A DNA stretch of 64,000 nt from Macrostomum lignano. Lineage: Eukaryota. Each line of letters begins with the position of its first letter. The first letter of the stretch is position 1. Below, one piece after another: positions 12,548 through 24,100 of the stretch. Position numbers and translations under genes: made by a program. The notes beneath the pieces were generated by a model, which did no database searches, was not told the DNA's origin, and saw nothing but the letters and a program-made list of their open reading frames with translations. Where the stretch lies: NCBI GenBank assembly GCA_002269645.1, contig NIVC01002018.1:62001-126000 (forward strand). Direction: 5' to 3'.

Positions 12548-14384
12548 ATGGCGACTGGGGCTAATCGTCCTACCGGACAGGTGAAAGCCCAGCTATCGCC
12601 CAGCGACAGCGCATTCAGCAGCATTGAAAGCCTAGCTGAGATGGCCATCTGCCCGGTGCACTGCGGTCGGCTAAGCTGTCCGAAGCTACTGCCCTGCGGC
12701 CACGTGTTCTGCCTGTCCTGCCTGGACAAGTGGTCGCAGAGGCAGAGTGCCGGTCACACGATCGAGTGTCCGATGTGCCGTCGGACAGTGGCCCGACCGC
12801 AGGCCGGCGCTGCAGGCCTGCCGACCGCCCGCGCTCATCAGGCCATCCTGGACTACCTGGTGAGCCACGCCGCGCGGCACCAGCAGTCGCTGTCGCGCAA
12901 GCCTCAAGCGACGCAGACGCAGCAGAGCATGAATAAGCGAAAGCGAAGTCTGGAGATGCGGCAGGACTTGATGACGCAGCTCAGTGAGGACTTTCTACGC
13001 TTATCAGAAGAGGCTGGACCAGAAAGCGCGCCGGCATTTGATGTCGCTGAGCTAGCCAACGTCCGAGACAACATTAACCGGCTACTTCGCCGGCTGGAAG
13101 AGACTCACAGTGGTGAAACTGTTGTTACTGAGGAAATTGAAAGCGACATTGACAGTGAGAGCGCCGATGAAGAGAACGAAGACGAGGAAGAGGACGCCGC
13201 AGGGGCGCCAACAGCCGAAACAGCAGCAGCAGCGGACACTTTTTCGGCCACTCAGCGAGAGATGCACCGGCTAAGCCGATACCGAATGCGCGAGATGTCC
13301 TTGGCAAATCCCGCCGAGCTGGCAGCCGAAGGATTCGCCTGTGCAGGTCAAATTCGTCAGGAGCCCAACGGTCGAGGTCGTCGAGCGGCTCCGGTGGTTG
13401 TCCTGCTCACAGAGGCGTCGCGACAGTTGCTTGTAGCTCCTCGGCCAGACAGCCGAGGTCGGATAAGGCCGCTTCCATTGAACATCGATTGGCAAATGAG
13501 GGACTCAACGGCCTGGAATCCGAGACAGATGCGATTAGTCAGCATGCAGGTGACCAGAGGTGCAATTTACCTTTCTGGCTGGAGTTGCTGCAGGTGAGAA
13601 TGCTGAAAACAATACGGAGTCTCTCTGAAATAGCTTTGGCGCTCGAGCCGAGTCAAACAAAATGGCGCATCCCAAAATGCCCCTTCAATGTAAAATTCTG
13701 ACATTGCCCCTGTGGGATTAACTTCTTACACATCCTCTTTTTCTCAGGTCTTTTCTGGCTATCGTCAATCCTGAGACAGGCGACGTTCTGTGCTGTTACG
13801 CCCGCGACGAGCCAACCGAAACGGCCGCCGCGGAAAGCTTCGGCGGCTTTCACGTTGAGCCGGCGGAGGCCGGAGGCGGCGTTGTGGCGGCTCAGCCCGG
13901 CAAACGGCGCGTGGAATTTTTTGGCGACGACCTGCAACCCACCGGGCACTGGCTGGTGTTCGCCCGGCTCAAGCCGCGCTTCGTGGCCTGGGCCAGACAG
14001 GCAGGCACCCTGTGGGTGTCCTGCCCAGACGAGTGCTTTGTCTTGGCGGTCAACGACAGAACCGGCGTGTTCAGGAAGCTGTCCACGGGAGACATCTTTC
14101 AGTCACCACCGAGTCAACTCGTCGCCGCCGCGGCTTCGAACGGCGAGTGTCGCGTTGTCTTGACTGACTCTGAGCAGGGCCGGCTGTTCTGGATACGCAA
14201 GCGTCGCAAGTACATCTTCCTGCAGAGGCTGCAGCTGTCCAGAGACCTGCCGACGATCACTGGCTTGTCCGCTGCTGAAGACGGCCAGCTGCTGGTCACC
14301 GCCCGGGATCGAGTGTTCTGCATGAAGCCGAGCAGATCCGCCACCGCCTCGCGGCAGATGAGTCTTCGATGCGAGCTGCTCTGA
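12548..14384 (+). CDS. RING-finger (C3HC4-like) protein with coiled/acidic linker and a possible degenerate beta-propeller C-terminus; 2 exons, about 560 aa
   Basis: RING CPVHC...LPCGHVFCLSCL...ECPMCR. Exon 1 12548-13593 (AG|GTGAGA) and exon 2 13748-14384 (TTCTCAG|G) join in frame, ending at TGA. Confidence 0.8.
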
Positions 14385-14692
14385 TGAACATCCCTACTGT
14401 ACATTAGCATGAGGCAGCACGCTGATCCATGAGCATGTATATTGAGATCAGGGCACTCAATTCCATGTACATAAACAAGACGCATCCGACTAGGCGGACT
14501 TCACTGCAATTCGTGTAAAACATTCACCTTTAGGGTAACAGATATTCAAGCGCATCTATGAGATGCAAAGTATACTCGTGATTCGTGAACAGGTATTTTT
14601 GCATTTGCAGCATTCACAGCGTAAATTTTGTTTAAAAAACTTTTCTCTCAAAGATAATAATATTAGTTGATTACCCCTGTCTTAATAGCCAC

Positions 14693-14962
14693 ATGTACAA
14701 CCGACAGCTCAGCCGCAGCTATTGCGTGGCGCATCTGAAGGCTGCGTACGGCTGTTCAGTTCAAGGACTGGGGGGTCGCCACACACAGCCTTAATTACCC
14801 CAGCTAATGCTGGCACCCATTTGACAGCTGGGTGAACTGAAGCAATGCAGAGTTAAGTGTCTTGCTCAATGATACAAATTATTCCGAGTGGGTCGAAAAT
14901 CAACCCCCCCCCAACTTTTAGTTGTGAGTCCGACGCTCTAACCAATAGGCTGAAACCCCCTC
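14693..14962 (-). mobile_element. tRNA-derived SINE, copy 2
   Basis: Reverse complement aligns along its length with 2906-3180. Confidence 0.8.
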
Positions 14963-15037
14963 TTTCGACAGACAGTTGTACTAGAAGTTAGAAAGTCAAG
15001 AAAGTCAGGGCCTTAAAAAAATTAATGAATGATTGTA

Positions 15038-15278
15038 CAGGGTGTCCCATAAGTGACTTTACAACTTGTTTCGTGAATAACTTTGTGATTAATGCTTGGA
15101 TCCCCACCAGATTTTAGCATACTTTTATTTAGCATACTGGTGGGGTGGGGAACATGCTTTTGGTATCAAAAAATCCCTTTTCTATATATTTTCTTATGCT
15201 AAAATCTGGTGGGGATCCAAGCATTAATCACAAAGTTATTCACGAAACAAGTTGTGGAGTTACTTATGGGACACCCTG
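15038..15278. mobile_element. Tc1/mariner-type MITE
   Basis: About 84-bp TIRs starting CAGGGTGTCCCATAAG with few mismatches, flanked by TA at 15036-15037 and 15279-15280. Confidence 0.9.
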
Positions 15279-15951
15279 TACATATAGTGATATAGTGATG
15301 CAAAATGCCTTAATACGTCTGTACCTGCTCACAAAATACGATATTGGCAAAGCTGCAATGCATGTAAAAGCTGATGTGTGAAGTGTCTTATTGCGTATCT
15401 TCCCCTCAAGCCCGCACTGAACACGTAAAGTAGTAGGATTGTGCATATTGTGTCGAATCCATGCGAATGCGTGCACCCACGTGTGCACGCGACGTGGGAA
15501 CTATGGAAGCTATTCGAACAGTTGAGGATGGATCATAATTTAGCCGTGCGAGAATGGCTATAGAATCTGACCCAGAACGAGGGTAACAGGGGGATTGTGT
15601 ATGGAGCTTAGTCAAAAAAATTAGCTGGCACATGGATACGCTTGAACTTCGAGCACGTTTCAGAAAAGCGTTCAATCAAGCATGCGAAACTAAACTATAA
15701 ATTCACTGATGTTTCTTATACACAAGCGCAAAAATTGTGTTTTCATAGCCAGCAATGTCGAAAAAAAAATTGAGAATCATGCAGTTGAAAGCACTCGGAC
15801 TGAAGACCCAGACAAAACGTATCCTTTATGCTACAATTAAGGCTAGAAAAATCTAACATGTTACAGACATCGACTAAAAATCTTAGTAGACCTTGGTGAC
15901 AAACAATAGTCCCACATTTCGCAGCAATCTAAATATACTTCTAATCTTCTA

Positions 15952-18007
15952 TCTAAATATACTAAATCTCTAAGGTTTGTATGCTTGAATGTCCATAACG
16001 CTCTAGAGACTGCAATTCTTCACCGATTTTGATCGCGTTTTCCCCAAAAGATTCAAAATTGTCTGTAAAGAAGACGGTTAAAATTTCTTTAATCTGCTCA
16101 AATGCTAAAGGGATTAAATATTCGAAAAACTGTTTTAAATGGCCTTTTTCAATGCAAATTTTATCAGCCAGAAACTTCACTGCCAATTTTAATTGATTGC
16201 GCCAGAGCCAACTGATAAGAAAACTCACTCCGCTCCACTTAAAGGGGGGCAATAAAAAAATTATTCTGGCTGCTGGCAGCCAGCTCTAATTAGCTAGTCT
16301 AAATATACTAAATCTCTAAGGTTTGTATGCTTGTCCATAACGCTCTAGAGATCGCAATTCTTCACCGATTTTGATCGTGTTTTCGCCAAAAGATTCAAAA
16401 TTGTCTTGAATGAAGACAGTTAAAATTTCTTGTATCTGCTTCAATGCTAAAGGGATTAAATATTCGAAAAACTGTTTTAAATGGCCTTTTTCAATGCAAA
16501 TTTTATCAGCGAGAAACTTCACTGCCAATTTTAATTGATTGCGCCAGAGCCAACTGATAAGAAAACTCACTCCGCTCCACTTAAAGGGGGGCAATAAAAA
16601 AATTATTCTGGCTGCTGGCAGCCAGCTCTAATTAGCTAGTCTAAATATACTAAATCTCTAAGGTTTGTATGCTTGTCCATAACGCTCTAGAGATCGCAAT
16701 TCTTCACCGATTTTCATCGCGTTTTCGCCAAAAGATTTCTAATCAGCCTGGGATTGTATGGTTAAAATTTCTTGTATCTGCTTCAATGCTAAAGGGATTA
16801 AATATTCGAAAAACTGTTTTAAATGGCCTTTTTCAATGCAAATTTTATCAGCGAGAAACTTCACTGCCAATTTTAATTGATTGCGCCAGAGCCAACTGAT
16901 AAGAAAACTCACTCCGCTCCACTTAAAGGGGGGCAATAAAAAAATTATTCTGGCTGCTGGCAGCCAGCTCTAATTAGCTAGTCTAAATATACTAAATCTC
17001 TAAGGTTTGTATGCTTGTCCATAACGCTCTAGAGACTGCAATTCTTCACCGATTTTGATCGCGTTTTCCCCAAAAGATTCAAAATTGTCTGTAAAGAAGA
17101 CGGTTAAAATTTCTTTAATCTGCTCAAATGCTAAAGGGATTAAATATTCGAAAAACTGTTTTAAATGGCCTTTTTCAATGCAAATTTTATCAGCCAGAAA
17201 CTTCACTGCCAATTTTAATTGATTGCGCCAGAGCCAACTGATAAGAAAACTCACTCCGCTCCACTTAAAGGGGGGCAATAAAAAAATTATTCTGGCTGCT
17301 GGCAGCCAGCTCTAATTAGCTAGTCTAAATATACTAAATCTCTAAGGTTTGTATGCTTGTCCATAACGCTCTAGAGATCGCAATTCTTCACCGATTTTCA
17401 TCGCGTTTTCGCCAAAAGATTTCTAATCAGCCTGGGATTGTATGGTTAAAATTTCTTGTATCTGCTTCAATGCTAAAGGGATTAAATATTCGAAAAACTG
17501 TTTTAAATGGCCTTTTTCAATGCAAATTTTATCAGCGAGAAACTTCACTGCCAATTTTAATTGATTGCGCCAGAGCCAACTGATAAGAAAACTCACTCCG
17601 CTCCACTTAAAGGGGGGCAATAAAAAAATTATTCTGGCTGCTGGCAGCCAGCTCTAATTAGCTAGTCTAAATATACTAAATCTCTAAGGTTTGTATGCTT
17701 GTCCATAACGCTCTAGAGATCGCAATTCTTCACCGATTTTGATCGTGTTTTCGCCAAAAGATTCAAAATTGTCTTGAAAGAAGACAGTTAAAATTTCTTG
17801 TATCTGCTTCAATGCTAAAGGGATTAAATATTCGAAAAACTGTTTTAAATGGCCTTTTTCAATGCAAATTTTATCAGCGAGAAACTTCACAGCTAATTTT
17901 AATTGATTTCGCCAGAGCCAACTGATAAGAAAACTCACTGGGCCCCACTTAAAGGGGGGGCAATAAAAAATTATTCTGGCTGCTGGCAGCCAGCTCTAAT
18001 TAGCTAG
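15952..18007 (+). mobile_element. Six head-to-tail ~342-bp non-autonomous mini-Helitrons
   Basis: Units start TCTAAATATACTAA at 15952, 16298, 16640, 16982, 17324, 17666. Each ends with hairpin CTGGCTGC-TG-GCAGCCAG, 10 nt, then CTAG. The first unit is preceded by A. Confidence 0.85.
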
Positions 18008-18644
18008 TCCTATATACTAAAAATGTGATGTCTATATATATATATATATATATGTGATAGATTAGAGAAAAAATGGCTGGACCGATTTTGTTCGAACTTG
18101 CACTGTTCGATCAGAAATTTTCCCGTGACGGTACATGCATTGTGGCTAAGAAATTGCTCGATGCTAAAGGCATTAAATATTCGAAAAACATGCTTTTTTG
18201 CAAAGGTCAAGCAAACTTTTTGACTTGAAATGCATTGTAAGAATGCTAGAGAAAAAACTGACTGGTTGAATTCTGACTCTGAAATAGATTGCATCATAAC
18301 TGAATTGTAACTCCGACTTGAATTGAAAATGCAGTGTGGAAGCGTAGCACCAGACTTGATTTAAATTGCGTAACCATATTGTTAACTGATACTGACTGAC
18401 TGAGAAACTGATTATGTCATAACTGCTTCGTGTGATTTACTCTATGCTTTGATTTAAAAGTGTTGAGTTATATAAGTGCAAAAGTTGATGTTATCAAAAC
18501 GATGAGAGCTAGCCTAAAGGTGAACAAACTGAACTGCTAAATGCAGTGACGATGGTTTGAATTTTCGATGGTTTGAATTTGAGTATAATTTTTTTAATTA
18601 AAGCTTTTCAACGTCAGGAAAACTAAAAGACTTTTTAAAAAGAA

Positions 18645-19530
18645 GCGTCATATAAAAATCGTAGAAGCGTCATGTAAACAATCATAAAAGCGTCATGTAA
18701 AAAATCGTAGAAGCGTCATGTAAAAAATCTTAGAAGCGTCATGTAAACAATCATAGAAGCGTCATGTAAACAATCATAGAAGCGTCATGTAAAAAATCGT
18801 AGAAGCGTCATGTAAAAAATCATAGAAGCGTCATGTAAACAATCATAGAAGCGTCATGTAAACAATCATAGAAGCGTCATGTAAACAATCATAGAAGCGT
18901 CATGTAAACAATCATAGAAGCGTCATGTAAAAAATCATAGAAGCGTCATGTAAACAATCATAGAAGCGTCATGTAAAAAATTGTAGAGGCGTCATGTAAA
19001 CAATCATAGAAGCGTCATGTAAACAATCATAGAAGCGTCATGTAAACAATCATAGAAGTGTCATGTAATAAATCATAGAAGCGTCATGTAAAAAATCATA
19101 GAAGCGTCATGTAAACAATCATAGAAGCGTCATGTAAACAATCATAGAAGCGTCATGTAAACAATCATAGAAGCGTCATGTAAACAATCATAGAAGCGTC
19201 ATGTAAAAAATCATAGAAGCGTCATGTAAACAATCATAGAAGTGTCATGTAAAAAATCGTAGAGGCGTCATGTAAACAATCATAGAAGCGTCATGTAAAC
19301 AATCATAGAAGCGTCATGCAAACAATCATAGAAGCGTCATGTAAAAAATCATAGAAGCATCATGTAAAAAATCATAGAAGCGTCATGTAAACAATCATAG
19401 AAGCGTCATGTAAACAATCATAGAAGCGTCATGTAAACAATCATAGAAGCGTCATGTAAACAATCATAGAAACGTCATATAAAAATCATAGAAGCGTCAT
19501 GTAAAAATCATAGAAGCGTCAAGAAAAAAT
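18645..19530. repeat. 23-bp satellite (AGAAGCGTCATGTAAACAATCAT)n inside B1
   Basis: Direct tandem repeat; same unit as 46845-48975. Confidence 0.95.
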
Positions 19531-20445
19531 CATAGAAGCCTCATTTAAAAACTAATGAAAGTGTCATTTAAAAAATTAAGAAGCGTCACGGTAGAATAAA
19601 AGAAACGTCATGTCAGACATGAAGGGTTCATGTAAAAATTAAATGCAACTATAATGCTGTGCTGGGGAGAAAAACTGAGACGTCAAGGCTCTCAGAGAAT
19701 AACTGAGATTACGGGGGGGGGAGTTTCTGAGATGTCAAAGCAAAAGTCAGAAGCTACTTCAAAGTTCATGTACTTTACTCCATTTTTTTATTGCATTCTT
19801 TGTTGGCTCGTCACGGGGGGGCGCTGATAGAAGAAAAGTCATGTAAAAAATAAAAGTAGCACTATGTATACATAAAAGAAAAGTCATGTCGAAGTTAAAA
19901 GATTCATTTGGGAATTGCTACGATGTCAAAGCTTGGTGGAAATCGTTATAGTGCTGTGATTCTTAAAGAAAGAATCACTAAAATGTTAAGGCTTAGGGGA
20001 GAAGAATTGCTGAGATTTCAAGGCTTTAGGTTGGGTTAAAGTTAGGTTTAGGTCAGGTGTGGGTTGAGGGTTATATTTTATTGGGTTTCAAGGTTAACAG
20101 GGGATTTTTTAGATTTCAAGGTTTATGGGGGCCATTGCTGACATGTCAAGGCTTACGGGGGGAATAGCTAAGATGTCAAGGCTCACGGGGGTATAAATGA
20201 GATTTCAAGGCTAAAGTCAGAAGCTACATGTAGTTTATTGAAAACTTTTTATTACATTATTTGATGCCTCCTCAGGGGAGGGATCGCTGATAAAAAAGCG
20301 TAATGTAAAAAATAAAAGAAGCTTCATGTCGAAGTTAAGAGATTCATTTGGGAATCCCTACGATGTCGAGGCTTGCAAGGAATCGCTATAATGCTGTAGT
20401 AGTGCTATAATGACTCTTAGGGAGAATTACTGAAATTTCAATGCT

Positions 20446-20507
20446 TTAGGGTTAGGTTAGGGTTAGGGTTAGGGTTAGGGTTAGGGTTAGGCTAGGGTTA
20501 GGGTTAG
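20446..20507 (+). repeat. Interstitial (TTAGGG)n tract inside B1
   Basis: About 10 units, some imperfect. Confidence 0.9.
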
Positions 20508-20728
20508 AAGGTTGACAGATATTTTTAGATTTCCAAGGCTTATTGGGGGCATTGCTGAGATGTCAAGGGGGGAAGTTGATATGTTAAAGCTTGTGGGGGG
20601 GATAACTGACATGTCAAGGCTTACAAGGTTTGACAGGAGATTTTTTAAGATTTCAAGGATACATGTAGCTTATTAAAAAAACGTGTATTGCATTTCTTTG
20701 GCTCCCCAACGGGGGGCGTAGATTGCTA

Positions 20729-21112
20729 TCTAATATATCTAAAGTAGCAACCCCCCCTCCACCGGCCCTGTCTGTCTGTGGGTATGTAACAGGTTATCTC
20801 CCAAAAGGCTCAACCGATTTTCTCCGTTTCTTCGCCAAAAGATGTCAAATGTGCCCGGGACGGTACATGTAATTTTATTAAGCTCTAGCTCAATGCTAAG
20901 GGGATTAAATATTCGAAAAACTGTTTTAAATGGCCTTTTTAGTGTATTTTTTTATCAGCCTGCGCGCAGCGAGAAACTTCACAGCCAATTTTAATGATTG
21001 CGCCAGAGCCAACTGATAAGAAAATTCACTTTGCCCCACTGCCCAGATAATTACTCTATTTAACTTGCGTAACCAATTAAGGGGGGGGGGTATAATAAAA
21101 ATTCTGGATGCT
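20729..21112 (+). mobile_element. Truncated Helitron-family element C, related to the 342-bp units
   Basis: Starts TCTAATATATCTAAAG and shares AAGGGATTAAATATTCGAAAAAC...GCCAGAGCCAACTGATAAGAAAA with the mini-units. Breaks off at ATTCTGGATGCT, the first arm of the hairpin. Confidence 0.65.
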
Positions 21113-24100
21113 TCCAATATACTAAAAATCAAAACTTCTCCAATATACTAAAAATCAAAACTATGTACCTATAGGAACCTTCGCTTAACTTCACTCTACA
21201 TGGTCGGAATTTCGTGGGGTTTTCTGCATTCGATGCGTATTGATGGTGCGCTGGTACACAAAATTTTGCTAAGAAATTGCTTTATTTTTTCGGGCTTAAA
21301 TATTCGAAAAACTCGATTTTTACCCCGTTTTTTAAAGTTCAAACAGTTCTTTCCGATTGAGAAGCAGTCTGACTGCCGATGGAATTGTATTGCATCATAA
21401 CTCAGTGCCAACTATAGCATTGGTTCTCTACACTCGCGTGGAGAGCTACAAGCGTTGAAAGGTTGCGCAACACATTTTAGATACTGAAATTGAGGGGCGG
21501 GTGTCGCTATTCAATTAGTCCTGGGCATTGGCTTGGTTGTTAATTTTAATGGATCAACTTGCAGGCCTCTCACTGTAACTGGCGCTGAATGTACACCTTT
21601 ATGAATTTGAATGCTTTAAAGCAGGAATGTTCAATTGTTATTTTTGCTTCGAGTTTTTCACTTTCAGAAGAGAGCCTTGTATTGCTGGAAAGAGCTAGAA
21701 ACGCTGAGTTCGGGAATATAATTTGTTTGCTGAGATTCGAAAAATGAAAAGCACAGCATTAAAAAGAAGATTTCTATGCATTTTACTATATATACTCATT
21801 GTACACTCTCCCATAACGCAAACCCCTACTTTATCGCAACTCCACAATTCAAACCAGCGCCATTGGATTTCAATTTAGATTGCGTAACCATATTGTTGAC
21901 TTTAATTGTTGACTTTAATAATTGAAACTGATATTGACTGCCTGAGAAATTGATTATGTCATAACTTGCTTCGAGCGATTTCTACTCTATGCTTGGAGTT
22001 TTCAGTGTTGAAATATATAAGTGCTAAAATTCATAGTGCTAAATTCAGAGAGCTAGCCTAGAAGTGAACAGACTGAACTGCTAATGCAGCGACGTGGGTT
22101 CGAATTTTTAGAGTGTAAAAGTTTTTTCTTAAAAATTTTAATTTCAAGACAGTTGAAGGAAACTTTAAAAAACGTCAAATAAATCAGATAAAAGAGAAGA
22201 AGCTACGAGCGTTCATGTAGTGTATTCGAAAATTCTTATTAAACTTTAACTTTTGAAAAGGATTATTGCACTAGATAAGAAATTAATTATTGTACGAGTA
22301 CTAGCTGAGGAAATTTTCTTACTATCTTGCTTGGGGTACTTTATATCAGGGGATGCTTGCTATCGGAAGGACGCTTGCTCTTAGGGATGCTTGCTCAGGG
22401 GAGATTGCTGAGATGCCAAGACTTACTGGGGAATTATTCAAATATGCAGGCTTACTGGGGGAATTACTGAGATGTCAAAGGCTTAAAACGGACTTGCTGA
22501 GATGCCAAGGCTTAAGAGGAAATTGCTGAGATTTCAAGGCGTGGGGGAATCTCTGAGATGTCAAGGCTTTGGACGCCTTGATAGCTAAGATTTCAAGACT
22601 TACCGGGGGAATAACTGAGATATAAAGGCTTACGCAGGGAATTACTGAGATGTGAAGGCTTGGGGAGGTATCGCTGAGATAGCAAGGCTTTGGATGGGGA
22701 GAAATTGCTAAGATGTCAAAACTTACTGGAGGAATCACCGAGATATAAAGGCTTACTTGGAGGACTGCTGAGATGTCAAGGCTTGGGGAAAATTTATGAG
22801 ACGTCAAGTCTTGGGGGGTTCCTGAAATTTCAAGTCTTGAGAGCGAATTGCTGAGATAACAAAGCTTAAGAGAGAATTACTGAGGTGTCAAGCTTGGGGG
22901 AAATTGTTGAGATGTCAATTCTTGGGGGGGGATTCTATGGATTGGAGATTCTTTCCACAAGGGCTGCTTCTAATGGATATCTTTAGATAGGTGATTCATT
23001 GGGAAATTCCTTCGATGGGGGATTCTTTCGATGGAGGGTTCTTTGAATGGGGGGTTCTTTAGATGAATGATTCATTCGATAAAGGGATCCTTTTGGATAT
23101 GGCATTGTTTGGACGGGGATTCTTTAGATGAGTCTTCGGATAGGGGTTTCTATAAATGGGAGGTTTTTTGGATGGGGTATTCTTTGCATGTGAGATTCTT
23201 TGTATCGTGGATTCTTTGGATGGGAGATTCAGTTGGGTTAAATTTTATTGTGTAAGAAAACTGTGGTTGGAGTTTGGACGAAAAGCCCAAACGGGGGTTG
23301 GAATTGGCTAGCTGAGGAAATTGTTTCACTAATCTTGCTGGGGGTACTTTCTATCAAGGGATGATTGCTATCAGAAGGACGTTTTCTTTTGGGGGATGCT
23401 TGCTCGGAATAAAATTCTAAGATGTCAAGATTTACAGGGGAATTATTGAGATACATGTATAAAATCTTACCTTAAGAGAGACTTGCTGAGATGCCAAGGC
23501 TTGTGAGGGGAATTGCTGAGATTTCAAGTCTTAGGGGTAAACTGCTGAGATGTCAAGTCTAAGGGGTAAACTGCTGAGATGTCAAGTCTAAGGGGTAAAC
23601 TGCTGAGATGTCAAGTCTAAGGGGTAAACTGCTGAGATGTCAAGTCTTAGGGGTAAACTGCTGAGATGTCAAGTCTTAGGGGTAAACTGCTGAGATGTCA
23701 AGTCTTAGGGGTAAACTGCTGAGATGTCAAGTCTAAGGGGTAAACTGCTGAGATGTCAAGTCTAAGGGGTAAACTGCTGAGATGTCAAGTCTAAGGGGTA
23801 AACTGCTGAGATGTCAAGTCTAAGGGGTAAACTGCTGAGATGTCAAGTCTTAGGGGTAAACTGCTGAGATGTCAAGTCTTAGGGGTAAACTGCTGAGATG
23901 TCAAGTCTTAGGGGTAAACTGCTGAGATGTCAAGTCTTAGGGGTAAATTGCTGAGATGTCTAATCTTGTCGCCGTCGGGGAATTGCTGAGATGCCAAGGC
24001 TTAAGAGGGACTTGCTCAGATGTCAAAGCTTGTGGGGAATCAAGGCTCAGAGGGAGTTCCTGAGATGTCAAGTCTTGGGAAGGAGAATTACTCAGATGTC

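Larger units (their letters stand above)
18008..20728 (+). mobile_element. Non-autonomous Helitron B1
   Basis: 5' TCCTATATACTAAAAATG; 3' hairpin GCTCCCC-AAC-GGGGGGC + GTAGATTGCTA (final G absent). Near-copy of 46235-50034. Confidence 0.8.

Noticed and set aside
15952-18007. CRISPR-like array or repeated gene MPPFKWSG...
   Set aside because: Eukaryotic context, no unique spacers and no cas genes. The ORFs are antisense to non-coding Helitron units.
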